Assembly: GCA_025451535.1 (NCBI GenBank)
Contig: JANWKE010000155.1
Span: forward strand, 1,276 to 65,275
Source: Verrucomicrobiia bacterium
GTDB taxonomy: Bacteria; Verrucomicrobiota; Verrucomicrobiia; Limisphaerales; UBA11358
Direction of reading: 5' to 3'
Length of the DNA stretch: 64,000 bases
A program made the position numbers and the translations under genes. Every line of letters starts with the position of its first letter. Within the stretch, counting starts at the first letter, position 1. The notes under the pieces were generated by a model, which saw only the letters and a list, made by a program, of their open reading frames with translations, ran no database searches and was not told where the DNA came from. Positions 18,367-28,598 of the stretch are shown here, in pieces.

Positions 18367-18408
18367 AAATATGTTTTGCTTCATGAATACGGCCTAAGCC
18401 TTAGCGTA

Positions 18409-18494
18409 AACCGCCAGAGCCGCGCGCTGAGATCACATGGCTCTTGCGGCTCGCATCTTCCGGCTGGAGCAAAAAAGCAGTCGATTGCTTTCAT
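18409..18494 (-). pseudogene. decayed 5' end of the cupin gene
   Basis: MKAID...SARLWR versus cupin MKAIQ...GARLWR; 19-bp exact match AACCGCCAGAGCCGCGCGC. Confidence 0.7.
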
Positions 18495-18549
18495 TGGGTC
18501 ACGCATGCGCATAAAACTCCCGCGGGTTAAGAGATTTGCTGGTTCATAT

Positions 18550-19245
18550 TTATTGCGCGGGCCCTGAGTTCCCGGAGCGGGCCAGCTGTAGCGCCTGCGC
18601 CAGGGCGGTGAAGTGCAACATAATAAAGAATGGAACCATATACGCCGGGATGAGCACGAGCGGTAATTGAGCCATCGCGCTCGTCGTGACGTTCCCGGTA
18701 AACCCGCGGAGAAAGCCCGAACAGAGTGTCCCCATCGACACCGCGATAACGAGGTCAAGGATCCCCATGATATTCCAAACCACAAACCGTCGGCTGGCCG
18801 CGAATGACGGGTGGCGAACAAGTCCGAGCACGATCCACGGCGCGCTGATACCGATCGCCATGTCCCCGAGTCCGGCCGGGAAAGCGAAAAGTCCGGGCAG
18901 CACTCCATATGCATAGAGCGAGAGGAAGCCCAGGCCGGCCCAACGCCACGCCTGAATCGCTGCCGCGAGCCGGAGGTCGGCGCCGAGGACGAACGCCCGG
19001 AATGCGCTCCATCCAAAATAGGCCGCAAAAAACACCGCCAAAGGGATTGCGAAACCGAAGAAAATCGGCAGAGGCGGTGAACCCGCGCTTCCCACAAATG
19101 CCCCTTGAAAGCCGAGGAAAGAAACGAGACCGAGCCACAATGCCAGTGCTACGAAAACGACTGATCTCGCGCTCGAATGGTTATCATCAAGTTCCGAAGC
19201 CACGTTTTCTTTGAGGCTTCCCATGCTTTCAATATTCATGTTCAT
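18550..19245 (-). CDS. multi-pass membrane protein of unknown function
   Basis: About six hydrophobic helices; FA.PAG.GD..., WN..G.LDL, PL.LIP...VP....LH. Confidence 0.8.
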   Translation of the reverse strand: MNMNIESMGSLKENVASELDDNHSSARSVVFVALALWLGLVSFLGFQGAFVGSAGSPPLPIFFGFAIPLAVFFAAYFGWSAFRAFVLGADLRLAAAIQAWRWAGLGFLSLYAYGVLPGLFAFPAGLGDMAIGISAPWIVLGLVRHPSFAASRRFVVWNIMGILDLVIAVSMGTLCSGFLRGFTGNVTTSAMAQLPLVLIPAYMVPFFIMLHFTALAQALQLARSGNSGPAQ

Positions 19246-19353
19246 ATGTTTTGTCCTTTCAGTTTAGTTTTGTTGCTTTTTCTATGGTCTGCGCCCGTTT
19301 TCACGACTGCCTTCTTAAAGTTTGATTCATTGCAACGTTCCCTGATAATTTGT

Positions 19354-19365
19354 GTGTATATACAC
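19354..19365. promoter_or_regulatory. putative MarR operator (upstream of membrane protein gene)
   Basis: Palindrome GTGTATATACAC, repeated at 19839-19852. Confidence 0.7.
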
Positions 19366-19389
19366 TTCGTGGTGCAAAAAAAATTGCGG

Positions 19390-19833
19390 TTATTGCCCCT
19401 TCAACTTCGTGGCCACGTCCTCCAGATCACTGACAATCGCCGACCACCGTTCTTTTCCCAGGATCGCGACCACTTTGTCCTGGGCGGAGCGCCACGCCGG
19501 AAGCAGTCTGGCCAGGGCCCCGCGCCCCTTTTCCGTAATCTCCAGCTCCACGTGGCCGCCTCGTCCGCCGCCTTTTGCCCGGACCAGACCGTCCCGCTGC
19601 AACGGACGGAGATTTCGCAACAGGGTGGTTCGCTCCATTCCGAGCCATTCACTCAATTCGGCCATGCCCCACCCGTCTTTGGCCTGCAATGCGCCCAGAA
19701 TCGGCGTTTGCGTGGGGCGAATGCCATGCTGGCGTACTTCCATGTCAAAGAACTGAGTTACCGCCCGCGTCACCGCGCGGAGGTTGGAGCACACGCAGTC
19801 CTCCATGGACCCGAAATTCCGTTCTTTCTTCAT
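19390..19833 (-). CDS. MarR-family regulator
   Basis: C.C.NLR..TR.VTQ.FD, MERTTL.RNL.PL..DGLV, ITEKG. Confidence 0.88.
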   Translation of the reverse strand: MKKERNFGSMEDCVCSNLRAVTRAVTQFFDMEVRQHGIRPTQTPILGALQAKDGWGMAELSEWLGMERTTLLRNLRPLQRDGLVRAKGGGRGGHVELEITEKGRGALARLLPAWRSAQDKVVAILGKERWSAIVSDLEDVATKLKGQ

Positions 19834-19838
19834 GTTGT

Positions 19839-19852
19839 TGTGTATATACACA
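19839..19852. promoter_or_regulatory. putative MarR autoregulatory operator
   Basis: Palindrome TGTGTATATACACA 5 nt upstream of the ATG. Confidence 0.7.
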
Positions 19853-20016
19853 CAGCGGCCGGATTTGTCAACCATTATTTTGCGGCTGGATGAGATGGCC
19901 ATCGCCAGAGGCGTGAGCCGGGATCACCGTGGCCCGTATGGCCTGCACGTCCCGATGTCTTGAAAATAACCGGCGATAAGCATTGCTATCTGACCGCTGC
20001 GCGCTGAAGCTCGAGC

Positions 20017-20205
20017 ATGACCAACAGTCTCAACTTGCACGGCGCCAGGGAAGTTCACAAACAACTCCAGTTGCGGATGAAGAACAGCGGTCTGGAAACC
20101 ATCAAGGTCCATGTCACCCGCAAATCCGGCAAAAACAAATGCCATTTCACCGGCTCGCCGGAACAAGTCGTAAAGGCGGAGCAGATCCTTGCGGCCTGGT
20201 CCTGA
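20017..20205 (+). CDS. small hypothetical protein (62 aa)
   Basis: Compact ORF with GC-rich codon usage ending FTGSPEQV.KAE.IL. Confidence 0.55.
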   Translation: MTNSLNLHGAREVHKQLQLRMKNSGLETIKVHVTRKSGKNKCHFTGSPEQVVKAEQILAAWS

Positions 20206-20240
20206 CCTGGTTCCGTCAGCGACGTCCGCAGAAATTAACC

Positions 20241-20290
20241 TGCAGCTTCCGGTCTATGACGGGCGACGGCGCTGACACAGCGCCGCTACA
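20241..20290. repeat. degenerate GTAG REP doublet
   Basis: cggtctatgacg...cggcgctgacacagcgccgctaca matches the reverse complement of 25634-25701. Confidence 0.6.
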
Positions 20291-20609
20291 AAAACTAACC
20301 CGTGCGGCTTCGCACTTAGACCCTCAGCCAGCCGCGGAACCCCCGGCCGCCATGGTAAGATTCCGCGCCGTTGTGACCCACGAAGACGCGGCAGTAACAA
20401 GATTAGAAATCAATAGGAGCTGTCTGTTAAGTAGCTCTTTTTATGAACTTGTCTTTGGCAGTTGGGCTCAGTTCCAACAGAAGTTAAACACGTGAACAGA
20501 CCGTAAAATGAGCTGCGCGGTGTGGAAACCGCCCCAACCAAGACCCAATTCAATTTCGCCAGTTCGACTTCCACGTAAAGCTACGCCACGTGGCAGGCGA
20601 GCACGGAGG

Positions 20610-23600
20610 TTAGGTCAATTTGGCGAGTTCTGCCTCAAACAGTTCTTTTGTCTTCGACTGGACTTCCGCGAGTTGGAGTTCGCCTTTGTCGAGTTTCGCG
20701 AGCAGGGCTTTTTGCGCCTGGTAATCTTTATTGGCCACACCAGCTTTGCTTTGGAGCATGCGCCAGGCTTTGCGGCGTTCCACGGCGAACAACACCATCT
20801 GCCGGCTCACGGCAAAACACTTGACCTGCCCGTTGACGTCGGCCTTGATGTAACAGCCGAAGTTCGGGACATAGGAACGGTGATTCCGGTCGAACACGCG
20901 CCGGTAAATCACATCATCCTGCGTAATCAGCACCAGCATGTCGTCGAGCTGAATCAATTCCCGCGCTTCCTCTTCCTTGATGGCCTTGACGTGCTTGCGG
21001 AACCGGGTTTCGGTAATGGCCCAATGCGCCACGGTGAAGTTGTATTCCTCGCCGGACGCCTTGAATTTCGTGCGCCACCAGTCGCGGTTCGGCGTCGGAT
21101 TGCCCTTGAGATCGAACGCTTCCTGCGCCGTCTCGCCGTTGCGCGGATTGAACACAAACTCCGGCATGCCGCGCGCGTCGCGGACGAGCTTGGCCTGGTC
21201 GGCGCTCATGTTGTCGGGCACGCCGTGCTCCGGCTGGCAGGTGGTGTAGGCCTGGAAAAACGCCGTGCCGCGGTATTCCAGCCCTTCGAGCATCGCCTTG
21301 TACAGCTTCGCCGCGTTGGCCATCGAGACCTGCGCCACAAACGGCGATCCATGCCCGCTGGTGAACGCTTCAGCCACGTTTTTCTTTTCAATCAATTTGC
21401 CCTGTGACGCCACGCCGAACTGGTTCATGTCGTAACCGCCCAGCATGGTCGAGGAATCGGAGTTCTGGCCTCCGGTGTTGGAATACACCTGTGTGTCGAG
21501 CATGAGCATCTTCACGTTCGGCCGGTTTTGCAGGATCACCTTCGACACGTTCTGGAACCCGATGTCGCCGAGCGCGCCGTCGCCGCCAATGGTCCAGATC
21601 TTCGGCAGCTCGCGGATTTCCTGGTCGGTCATCAACGCGTCGTCGAGGTGCGTGAGCATGAACAAATCGGCCGCGGACATGACGCCTTCCGCGCGGTCTA
21701 GCAGCGCGTCGGCCAGGCGTTCGGGCACCACCGAGCGGCGGGCGTGGTTGACGATGAGTGATTCGCCCAGCAACCACGAAATCGTCGCGCCATCCTGGAA
21801 CAGCGAATTCATCCACGGATACGGATGCGGATTGGACGGCGGGGTGGAGCCATAGACGGTGTTGCAACCGGTGCTGGCGCCCATAAACATGACGCTCATG
21901 CCGTTGGCGCGCCGGCCGTCAATGGACTGCAAATCGCGGTGATTGAACGCGTCCTGCCGCATCACGGCCATGATAGCGCCGATGAGCTGCTCGTCGGTGA
22001 TGGGGCCGTGTTTGGCCTCGTAATCGGCGATGCGTTTGGCGGTGTCGTCGTCGTCTTCGCCGCCCAGGCCCATGATGATGTGGGCGACGGCCTTGCGGAA
22101 CAGTTGGTATTCAGCCTCATCGCGCTGCTTCAACGCCTGCAGTTTCGCCAGCCCTTCGCTTTCCAGCCGTGCAGCCTTGGCGCGCAGGCGGTCGGCCTTT
22201 TTGTGATACAGCGGGCGCATGTAAGCTTCGGTCACGGATGCCGCCGCGCGCAGCACGCTTTTCTCGCCGCACCCGGCGCACGCACCGTCGCCGGACACCA
22301 GCGCCTCGTAATTGCGCCGGACCATGAGATGATTGCGCAACGCGGCTTCGCGGGAATTCGCAGCATCGGTATCATTGTACAGGCCGAGGAATTTCTGCGG
22401 CGTATCGGGCAGCAGACGCGAGAAAATCTGCGCGGTGGTCAGGTCGGCGTTCAAATCCTCGGTCTCGCGCGTCATGCGCAGCGCGTCGTGGTCGCCGCAA
22501 ACCTGCACGCATTCGCCGCAACCCTTGCACAGGTCGGAGACGAAGATGGAAAACAACCCGCCGCCGCCGGGCGTTTTGGCTTCGAGCGACCGGAAGATGG
22601 CGGGCACGTTCGAGTAAGCCAGCGGCAGTTTATCAATGATGCCGGTGAACTCGGCCTTCGTGTGTTCGCCGACCGTGGTCAGTGTGTTGACTTCGGCGCG
22701 GATGATGTCCTTGAACGGCACGTTCGAGCGGGCCTTGATCGATTCGTTCATCTTCGCGCGGGCGCGTTCCTCGATGCCTTTCAGTTCGGCGGCCAGTTTC
22801 GAGCGTTCGGCCGGATCGGTGACGTAGTAATGCACGGCGGTCTTCAGGACCATGGCCACTTCCTGCGCCATGTTGGGCAGGGCGGTGTCCGGGCAGGCGG
22901 TGATGCATTCCATGCATTGCGTGCAGTTCTCGGCGATGTAAACCGGCGTTTCGCGGCGGGCGACGTACTTGGACTGGGTCGCGCCTGAGCCGGCGCCCAT
23001 CACGCCGAGCGACGCTAGCGCGCTGGCGGGCTGGTGATAACCGAGGCCGTGGCGGAATTCGGCATCGAACTTGGCCAGCGTCTGGAAGGCGTACCGTGGC
23101 GTCTGTTGCGCGGGCGTGGGGATGCCCGTGCCGCAGACTGACCCGCAGCCGGCGGTGGGAATCAACGGCTCATGCTCGTGCGGCGCCACCGGCGGATTGC
23201 GCATCGAGGAACGGTCGGGCTCGTTGAACTCGCCGTACTTGATTTCCTGCACGCGCGAAAATCCTTCGTTCATGACGGTCATGTTCGAGGTGACAACGTC
23301 GTCGCCGAACCGTCCGAATTTTTTCTGGTACTGCTTCTTGACCGTGGCAAGGAAGGTCTCGTCGGAAATATTGTTCTGCCGGAGGAACGGCGACACGCGG
23401 AAGAAGGCGCCGAGGAAGGAATTGCCCTGCATGCGCAGTTGCAACTCGGTTTTGTTCGTCGCTTTTTTCGCGATGTCGAACCCGGGCAGGATATAAACGC
23501 GGATGTCGTTGTCCTTGACGTACCGCCGGTGTTGCGACGGGATGCGTTGCCAAGCGGTTTCCGGGGTGTCGCTGGATTCCCAGACGAGGCAGCCGCCGGG

Positions 23601-25373
23601 CTTGATGCCTTCCAGCGGATTTGTGTGCGTGAACGCCTTGGGATCGCAGCAGAGCACCACATCCACGTGGTTGAGCTCGCAGTTCACCTTGATGATGTCA
23701 GGCGCGACGGTGAGATAATAATTCGTCGGGGCGCCTTTCTTCTCCGAACCGTACTTCGGGTTGGCCATCACGAACAATTTTTCCTTGAGCCGCCCGTCGG
23801 CGTCGTATTCCGGTTCGCGCTGTTTGATGAGGTCACCGAATTCGCCCACGATTTCGCCGAGGTTTTTGCCGGTGGTAATCATGCCCCAGCCGCCGATGGA
23901 ATGAAACCGCACCGCGATGGCGCCCTCGGGCAGCAACGACGGTGTTTCCTTGCTGATAACGGCGTAAGGATGGTCAATGCCGAGGGTGAAATAGGTCTCG
24001 CCACCCGATGCGCTCGCACCGTCCTGGCGGCGGGTCTGGCCGATGGCAAATTCGTAGGCGCCGAGCGTGTGTTCGGGCCGGAAATCGCGCGAACCGATAC
24101 CGTAACTGCCGCGGAAGAGCCGGGGCGTCTCCTCAGGCGTGAGGCCGGGCAGGGCACCGCCGAATTTTGCAGCTTCGTTGGCTTTGCCGAGGGCCACGCG
24201 GATGTCGCGCGCGAGCGGATTATCACCCGCCATGCCTTCGTCGGTGCGTTCGAGGATGATGACGTTCTTTTTGCCGCGCAGCGCGTTGATGACGGCGGCC
24301 TCGGGGAACGGGCGAATAACGTTGATGTGGATGGAGCCGACCTTCGCGTCGCGTTTTTCGCGCAGATAATCGCACGCGGCTTCAATGTTGTCGGCGGCGC
24401 AACCCAGCGAAACGAACACCGTGTCGGCGTCGTCGCATTTGTACTGGTGAATCAGCCCATAGACCCGGCCGGTCAGCCGGCCGAATTCCGCGTAGGCGTC
24501 CTCGAGAAATTTCAGGATGGGTTCGTTGAAATTATTGCGGCGCGCGACCACGCCGTTCATGTGATGTTCCTGGTTCTGGACCGGGCCGAGCAGGAGGGGA
24601 TTTTTCAGGTCCATCATTTCCGGCACGCGCCGGCGTTTCGGGCCGAACAATTCGCGCTGCGCGGGCGTCGGACATTCGATGGTGTCATCGGCCGCGCCGA
24701 GGAATTCGCGGAGCAGATCGGCTTCCGGCGCCAGGTAGGTGCGCTCGGAGTGCGTGGTGAGCATGCCGTCCTGGATATTCATACCCGGATTGAGCGACAA
24801 TTCGTTGACCTTGCGGAGGATGATGCCCTGGTCGGCCGCTTGCTGGGCATCCTTGGCGATGACCATCGTCCAGCCGGTGTCGAGCGCGGCGTAAAAATCG
24901 TCGTGGCCGCAATGGACGTTGAGGGCGTGCTTGGTGAGGGCGCGGGCGCCGACTTCGAGCACCATGGTGGAGAACTTGCCGGGCGCATGATAGTACTGCT
25001 CCATGGCATAAGCGATGCCCTGGCCGGAAGTGAAGTTGACCGTGCGCTTGCCGCTGACCGCGTACGCCGTCGCGCCGCCCTGGGCGGCATGTTCACCTTC
25101 CGTTTCGACGGCGATTTTCTGATGGCCCCAAACGTCGAGTTCGCCGGCGGCATACGAGCCCTGGTAAATCTCACCGCCCTCGGTGGAGGGCGTGATGGGA
25201 TAGAACACGCCGCCTTCGGTGACGCGCGTTTCGACGTGTTCGGCCACCAGGAAATTGCCGTTGCAGGTGACGCGCACGCCGGGATATTTGGGGGCAGTAG
25301 GATTGGGTTTGGCCGGGGACGTACCGGTCTTCTTTGCAGAATCAGATACCTGGCTCATAGGCACACTTTTCAA
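20610..25373 (-). CDS. nifJ: pyruvate:ferredoxin/flavodoxin oxidoreductase (long single-chain form)
   Basis: YPITPS, E.EH.A, FTSGQG, two CxxCxxCxxxC ferredoxin motifs, GACAGCGE, GGDG TPP motif, DTQVYSNTGGQ. Confidence 0.93.
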   Translation of the reverse strand: MKSVPMSQVSDSAKKTGTSPAKPNPTAPKYPGVRVTCNGNFLVAEHVETRVTEGGVFYPITPSTEGGEIYQGSYAAGELDVWGHQKIAVETEGEHAAQGGATAYAVSGKRTVNFTSGQGIAYAMEQYYHAPGKFSTMVLEVGARALTKHALNVHCGHDDFYAALDTGWTMVIAKDAQQAADQGIILRKVNELSLNPGMNIQDGMLTTHSERTYLAPEADLLREFLGAADDTIECPTPAQRELFGPKRRRVPEMMDLKNPLLLGPVQNQEHHMNGVVARRNNFNEPILKFLEDAYAEFGRLTGRVYGLIHQYKCDDADTVFVSLGCAADNIEAACDYLREKRDAKVGSIHINVIRPFPEAAVINALRGKKNVIILERTDEGMAGDNPLARDIRVALGKANEAAKFGGALPGLTPEETPRLFRGSYGIGSRDFRPEHTLGAYEFAIGQTRRQDGASASGGETYFTLGIDHPYAVISKETPSLLPEGAIAVRFHSIGGWGMITTGKNLGEIVGEFGDLIKQREPEYDADGRLKEKLFVMANPKYGSEKKGAPTNYYLTVAPDIIKVNCELNHVDVVLCCDPKAFTHTNPLEGIKPGGCLVWESSDTPETAWQRIPSQHRRYVKDNDIRVYILPGFDIAKKATNKTELQLRMQGNSFLGAFFRVSPFLRQNNISDETFLATVKKQYQKKFGRFGDDVVTSNMTVMNEGFSRVQEIKYGEFNEPDRSSMRNPPVAPHEHEPLIPTAGCGSVCGTGIPTPAQQTPRYAFQTLAKFDAEFRHGLGYHQPASALASLGVMGAGSGATQSKYVARRETPVYIAENCTQCMECITACPDTALPNMAQEVAMVLKTAVHYYVTDPAERSKLAAELKGIEERARAKMNESIKARSNVPFKDIIRAEVNTLTTVGEHTKAEFTGIIDKLPLAYSNVPAIFRSLEAKTPGGGGLFSIFVSDLCKGCGECVQVCGDHDALRMTRETEDLNADLTTAQIFSRLLPDTPQKFLGLYNDTDAANSREAALRNHLMVRRNYEALVSGDGACAGCGEKSVLRAAASVTEAYMRPLYHKKADRLRAKAARLESEGLAKLQALKQRDEAEYQLFRKAVAHIIMGLGGEDDDDTAKRIADYEAKHGPITDEQLIGAIMAVMRQDAFNHRDLQSIDGRRANGMSVMFMGASTGCNTVYGSTPPSNPHPYPWMNSLFQDGATISWLLGESLIVNHARRSVVPERLADALLDRAEGVMSAADLFMLTHLDDALMTDQEIRELPKIWTIGGDGALGDIGFQNVSKVILQNRPNVKMLMLDTQVYSNTGGQNSDSSTMLGGYDMNQFGVASQGKLIEKKNVAEAFTSGHGSPFVAQVSMANAAKLYKAMLEGLEYRGTAFFQAYTTCQPEHGVPDNMSADQAKLVRDARGMPEFVFNPRNGETAQEAFDLKGNPTPNRDWWRTKFKASGEEYNFTVAHWAITETRFRKHVKAIKEEEARELIQLDDMLVLITQDDVIYRRVFDRNHRSYVPNFGCYIKADVNGQVKCFAVSRQMVLFAVERRKAWRMLQSKAGVANKDYQAQKALLAKLDKGELQLAEVQSKTKELFEAELAKLT

Positions 25374-25508
25374 TAGGCAATCACATGACTGCCTGTAGGG
25401 AATACCATAGACAAACTAACGCTGGAATCTCCGGGGCACAAAGCAAAAGTTGTTTCTACAACACCAATTCAGGATAAGCGGAGGTAACTGGACCTTTTTC
25501 ACAGAATG

Positions 25509-25774
25509 TGTAGCCGCCGACGTCAGTCGGCGCAAATCGGACAGATAAGAATGGTATGGCGCGAACTGATCCCGCCACGCGGGACGCGGACATCTCCGCG
25601 CACCCCAAAACTCCGGCTCGCCAGCCATTTTCTTGTAGCCGTGCTGTGTCAGCGCCGGCTTCTGTGAACGACCTCAGATGTCGGTCATAGACCGACGCTA
25701 CAGTTACGGCTCGCAAGCCTCAGGTAGGGTCATCGCGCGGCGATGACCGGACGCCGCAGCGCGGCGTCCCTACC
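25509..25774. repeat. cluster of several GTAG-type REP elements
   Basis: GTAGCCGCCGACGTCAGTCGGCG; GTAGCCGTGCTGTGTCAGCGCCGG...GTCGGTCATAGACCGACGCTAC; GTAGGGTCATCGCGCGGCGATGACC-GGACGCCGCAGCGCGGCGTCCCTAC. Confidence 0.75.
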
Positions 25775-25848
25775 TTGAAAGTGGCCCGTTTGACAGATTG
25801 CATTTCTGGTTAATGGTGTTGGCATCCCGTTGAAGCGGGAACGTAGAT

Positions 25849-26928
25849 ATGAAAATTGCAGACAAAAAATTTGACGTGTGGCCGGTGACGGATGAGCCGT
25901 CGGGTTTTCATTTTGGGCAGGGGCCCGCGGGCGAAACGGCTCGCGAGGACGCTCGCCCCACCGAAACTGGCACCGATGGAGCATTGTTGGACGCGTATTC
26001 GAATGCTGTCGTCAACGCGGCGGATGCGGTCAGCCCGGCGGTGGTGAGGATTGATGTGCGTAAAAGCGGGGCACGAGGCGCGAGGCACGAGGGCGGCGGC
26101 AGCGGCTCGGGTTTTATCATCACACCGGACGGGTTCATCGTGACCAACAGCCACGTCGTCCACGGCGCGGACAAAATTGAAGTCACGCTGGCCGATGGCC
26201 GGCACCCGGACGCGCATCTGGTCGGCGTAGACCCGGACACGGACCTGGCGGTCCTCCGGATTTATGCGCCGAACCTCAAGCCGGTGCGGCTCGGCGATTC
26301 CAACCAGTTGCGGGTTGGTCAATTGGCCATCGCCATCGGCAATCCGTATGGCTTTCAATACACCGTGACGGCGGGTGTGGTCAGCGCACTGGGCCGGTCG
26401 TTCCGGTCCAGTTCGGGCCGGCTGATGGACAACATCATCCAGACCGACGCGGCCTTGAACCCGGGCAATTCCGGCGGGCCGCTGGTCAATTCGCGTGGCG
26501 AAGTCATCGGCGTGAACACGGCGGTGATCCTGCCGGCACAGGGATTGTGCTTTGCCATCGCCATCAATACGGCCAAGTACATTGCCGGCTGGTTGATCAA
26601 GGATGGCGTCATCCGGCGCAGTTATCTGGGCATCGGCGGGCAGACGGCGAAGATCCACCGGCGGCTCGTGCGGCATTTTCGTCTGCCGAATGAAACCGGC
26701 ATGCTGGTCATCGGTGTCGAGCCGGGCAGTCCGGCCAGCCGTGCGGGTTTGCGTGAAGGCGACATCGTGGTGGAATTCGACGGGCACGTCATCGCGGGCA
26801 TTGACGATTTGCACAAGCTGTTGACCGGCGCCCAGGTCGGCGTGCGTCTGCCGCTGGTCGTGTTGCGGAACACGGAGAAGCTGCAACTGGAAGTTGTGCC
26901 GGCAGAATCGGCGGCGAAGGCGAATTAA
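25849..26928 (+). CDS. HtrA/Deg-family trypsin-like serine protease with one PDZ domain
   Basis: GSGF, TNSHVV, DLAV, IQTDAALNPGNSGGPL, C-terminal PDZ. Confidence 0.93.
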   Translation: MKIADKKFDVWPVTDEPSGFHFGQGPAGETAREDARPTETGTDGALLDAYSNAVVNAADAVSPAVVRIDVRKSGARGARHEGGGSGSGFIITPDGFIVTNSHVVHGADKIEVTLADGRHPDAHLVGVDPDTDLAVLRIYAPNLKPVRLGDSNQLRVGQLAIAIGNPYGFQYTVTAGVVSALGRSFRSSSGRLMDNIIQTDAALNPGNSGGPLVNSRGEVIGVNTAVILPAQGLCFAIAINTAKYIAGWLIKDGVIRRSYLGIGGQTAKIHRRLVRHFRLPNETGMLVIGVEPGSPASRAGLREGDIVVEFDGHVIAGIDDLHKLLTGAQVGVRLPLVVLRNTEKLQLEVVPAESAAKAN

Positions 26929-26989
26929 TGGTAAGGCGTGACGATCTGCCAGCAGCAATTTCGCCGGAAAGGCATTGAGAGATTGTCAG

Positions 26990-27030
26990 GCACCTCCTCT
27001 CCCCGGCCCGCAGGGCCGGAGAGGAGGTGC
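26990..27030. repeat. strong intergenic hairpin
   Basis: GCACCTCCTCT-cc-CCGGCCC-gca-GGGCCGG-AGAGGAGGTGC. Confidence 0.6.
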
Positions 27031-27100
27031 GTAACTGTCGTAAGTAATCCCGTATAAAGCGGCATTTCCGGGAACGCCGAGTTGAAATGTGCAGGTACAG

Positions 27101-27601
27101 ATGAGTCAGAAAACCATTCCAATCAATCCCGAGGTCCGGATTGGCCACGTGCATTTGAAGGTGGCCGACCTCGACCGGGCGCTGAAGTTCTACTGCGGTG
27201 TGTTGGGCTTTGAACTGACGCAACGATTCGGTTCGCAGGCGGCGTTCATTTCGGCCGGCGGCTATCATCATCACATTGGCCTGAACACCTGGGAGAGTAA
27301 AGGCGGCCCGCCACCACCATCGGGCACGACGGGCCTGTACCATCTGGCGATTCTTTATCCCACGCGGGCGGTGCTGGCGGATGCCGTGCGGCGCGTGTTG
27401 GCGGCCGGCATCGAACTGGACGGCGCGTCCGACCACGGCGTGAGCGAGGCGATTTATCTGCGCGACCCGGACAACAATGGTGTGGAGCTTTACTGGGACC
27501 GTCCGCAGGAGCAATGGCCGCGCTCACCCGACGGCGGCGTAGCGATGTTCACGCATCCGCTGGATCTGGACGGCCTGTTGAAAGAAACGCGAGCGGCTTG
27601 A
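27101..27601 (+). CDS. VOC-family protein (CatE/catechol 2,3-dioxygenase-like)
   Basis: IGHVHLKVADL, GGYHHHIGLNTW, GLYH.AI, DHGVSEA.YL.DPD.NG.ELY.DRP. Confidence 0.9.
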   Translation: MSQKTIPINPEVRIGHVHLKVADLDRALKFYCGVLGFELTQRFGSQAAFISAGGYHHHIGLNTWESKGGPPPPSGTTGLYHLAILYPTRAVLADAVRRVLAAGIELDGASDHGVSEAIYLRDPDNNGVELYWDRPQEQWPRSPDGGVAMFTHPLDLDGLLKETRAA

Positions 27602-27694
27602 GTGTTGTGTCCGAAGATGGTGCAGAAAGCTGCATCACAGTGACAGCCACGGGCCTGGCCACAGGTGTTTAGATGCGCGAGGTGGGAATAGGCG

Positions 27695-27775
27695 GGCTTT
27701 TCACCACCCACTAAAAGAGGTTTCCGGCAGCCACCGCCACGCGGGGGGATTAACTATCCCAGCGACAGAGCGATT
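27695..27775 (-). pseudogene. decayed duplicate of the ECF sigma gene 3' end
   Basis: 40 of 45 nt identical to 28639-28683; reads AVAAGNLF*WVVKS versus [14 protein letters not shown]. Confidence 0.8.
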
Positions 27776-28598
27776 ATTCGGCATCCGGAGCGGTCTGCTG
27801 GAGACGTTTCAGGTCCTGAAGTTCCGCCGGGTCAGTAACATAACCGCCATTGAACCAGGACACTGGCGCCGGTCCTTTCCACTTCCAGTATTCCGCATGG
27901 TTGTCGGCAAAAACCAGCACCAGGCCGTCCTGGTGCCGTCGAGCCGGGAGGTCCAGCCATTCGTCGATTTTGGAGGCATATAGAAAACCGCCATTGTTGA
28001 TTCCGTTCTCATCCTCATCGAGAAACGTGAGGGACTTCGATGGATGTCGTATCTCGCCGAATTTCATCAGCGGATAGACCATAAAGTTGCTCACGCAGTC
28101 GTCTCCCGCCATGTAGATGCTCAACGACACGCTGCGCAGCCTGGGTGTATTGGTTCCAACCAGGCAGCTATGATCGGCCGGGCAATGGTAAATTTTGATG
28201 GACTGTGCGTAGGGGAAGAGTGTGCCCCGCGTGATGGTTGCCGGGTCTGCATCCCACCTGGCGCTGCCGGTGACCCAGGAGCCCGGCGGGCTGCGGTGGA
28301 TGCCGTTGACAACGCTGTCGAGGTTGAGCGGCAGTCGGCCGCCTGAGTCGGATGCGTCGAGGGTCCATGCGATTCCGAGCTGCCGTTGATTGTTGAGGCA
28401 ACTGGTCGTCAGGGCCCGTGCTTTCGCGCCTGACAAAGCGGGCAGAAGCAGCGAGGCCAGGATTGATATAATCGCGATCACTGCCAGCAATTCAATCAGG
28501 GTAAAACCGGGTTTTGACCTGACGACATTTGGAAACAGCGGCGAACCGGTCCGCAACTCCAATGTCCTCGCGCCAGGGTTGATGGAAATGAACCTCAT
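27774..28598 (-). CDS. prepilin-type N-methylation domain protein with H-X9-DG-like motif
   Basis: [35 protein letters not shown].......FADNH; start overlaps the sigma stop. Confidence 0.88.
   Translation of the reverse strand: MRFISINPGARTLELRTGSPLFPNVVRSKPGFTLIELLAVIAIISILASLLLPALSGAKARALTTSCLNNQRQLGIAWTLDASDSGGRLPLNLDSVVNGIHRSPPGSWVTGSARWDADPATITRGTLFPYAQSIKIYHCPADHSCLVGTNTPRLRSVSLSIYMAGDDCVSNFMVYPLMKFGEIRHPSKSLTFLDEDENGINNGGFLYASKIDEWLDLPARRHQDGLVLVFADNHAEYWKWKGPAPVSWFNGGYVTDPAELQDLKRLQQTAPDAE

Noticed and set aside
20290..20600. Unexplained 300-nt intergenic stretch as an ncRNA
   Set aside because: No recognisable consensus or convincing long-range structure by eye.
23172..25376. Long plus-strand ORFs (734 aa and others) opposite PFOR, and similar antisense ORFs over ABC-F, prfC, mreB and the Rne/Rng gene
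   Set aside because: Shadow ORFs from GC-rich codon bias; no motifs, and they fully overlap well-supported genes.
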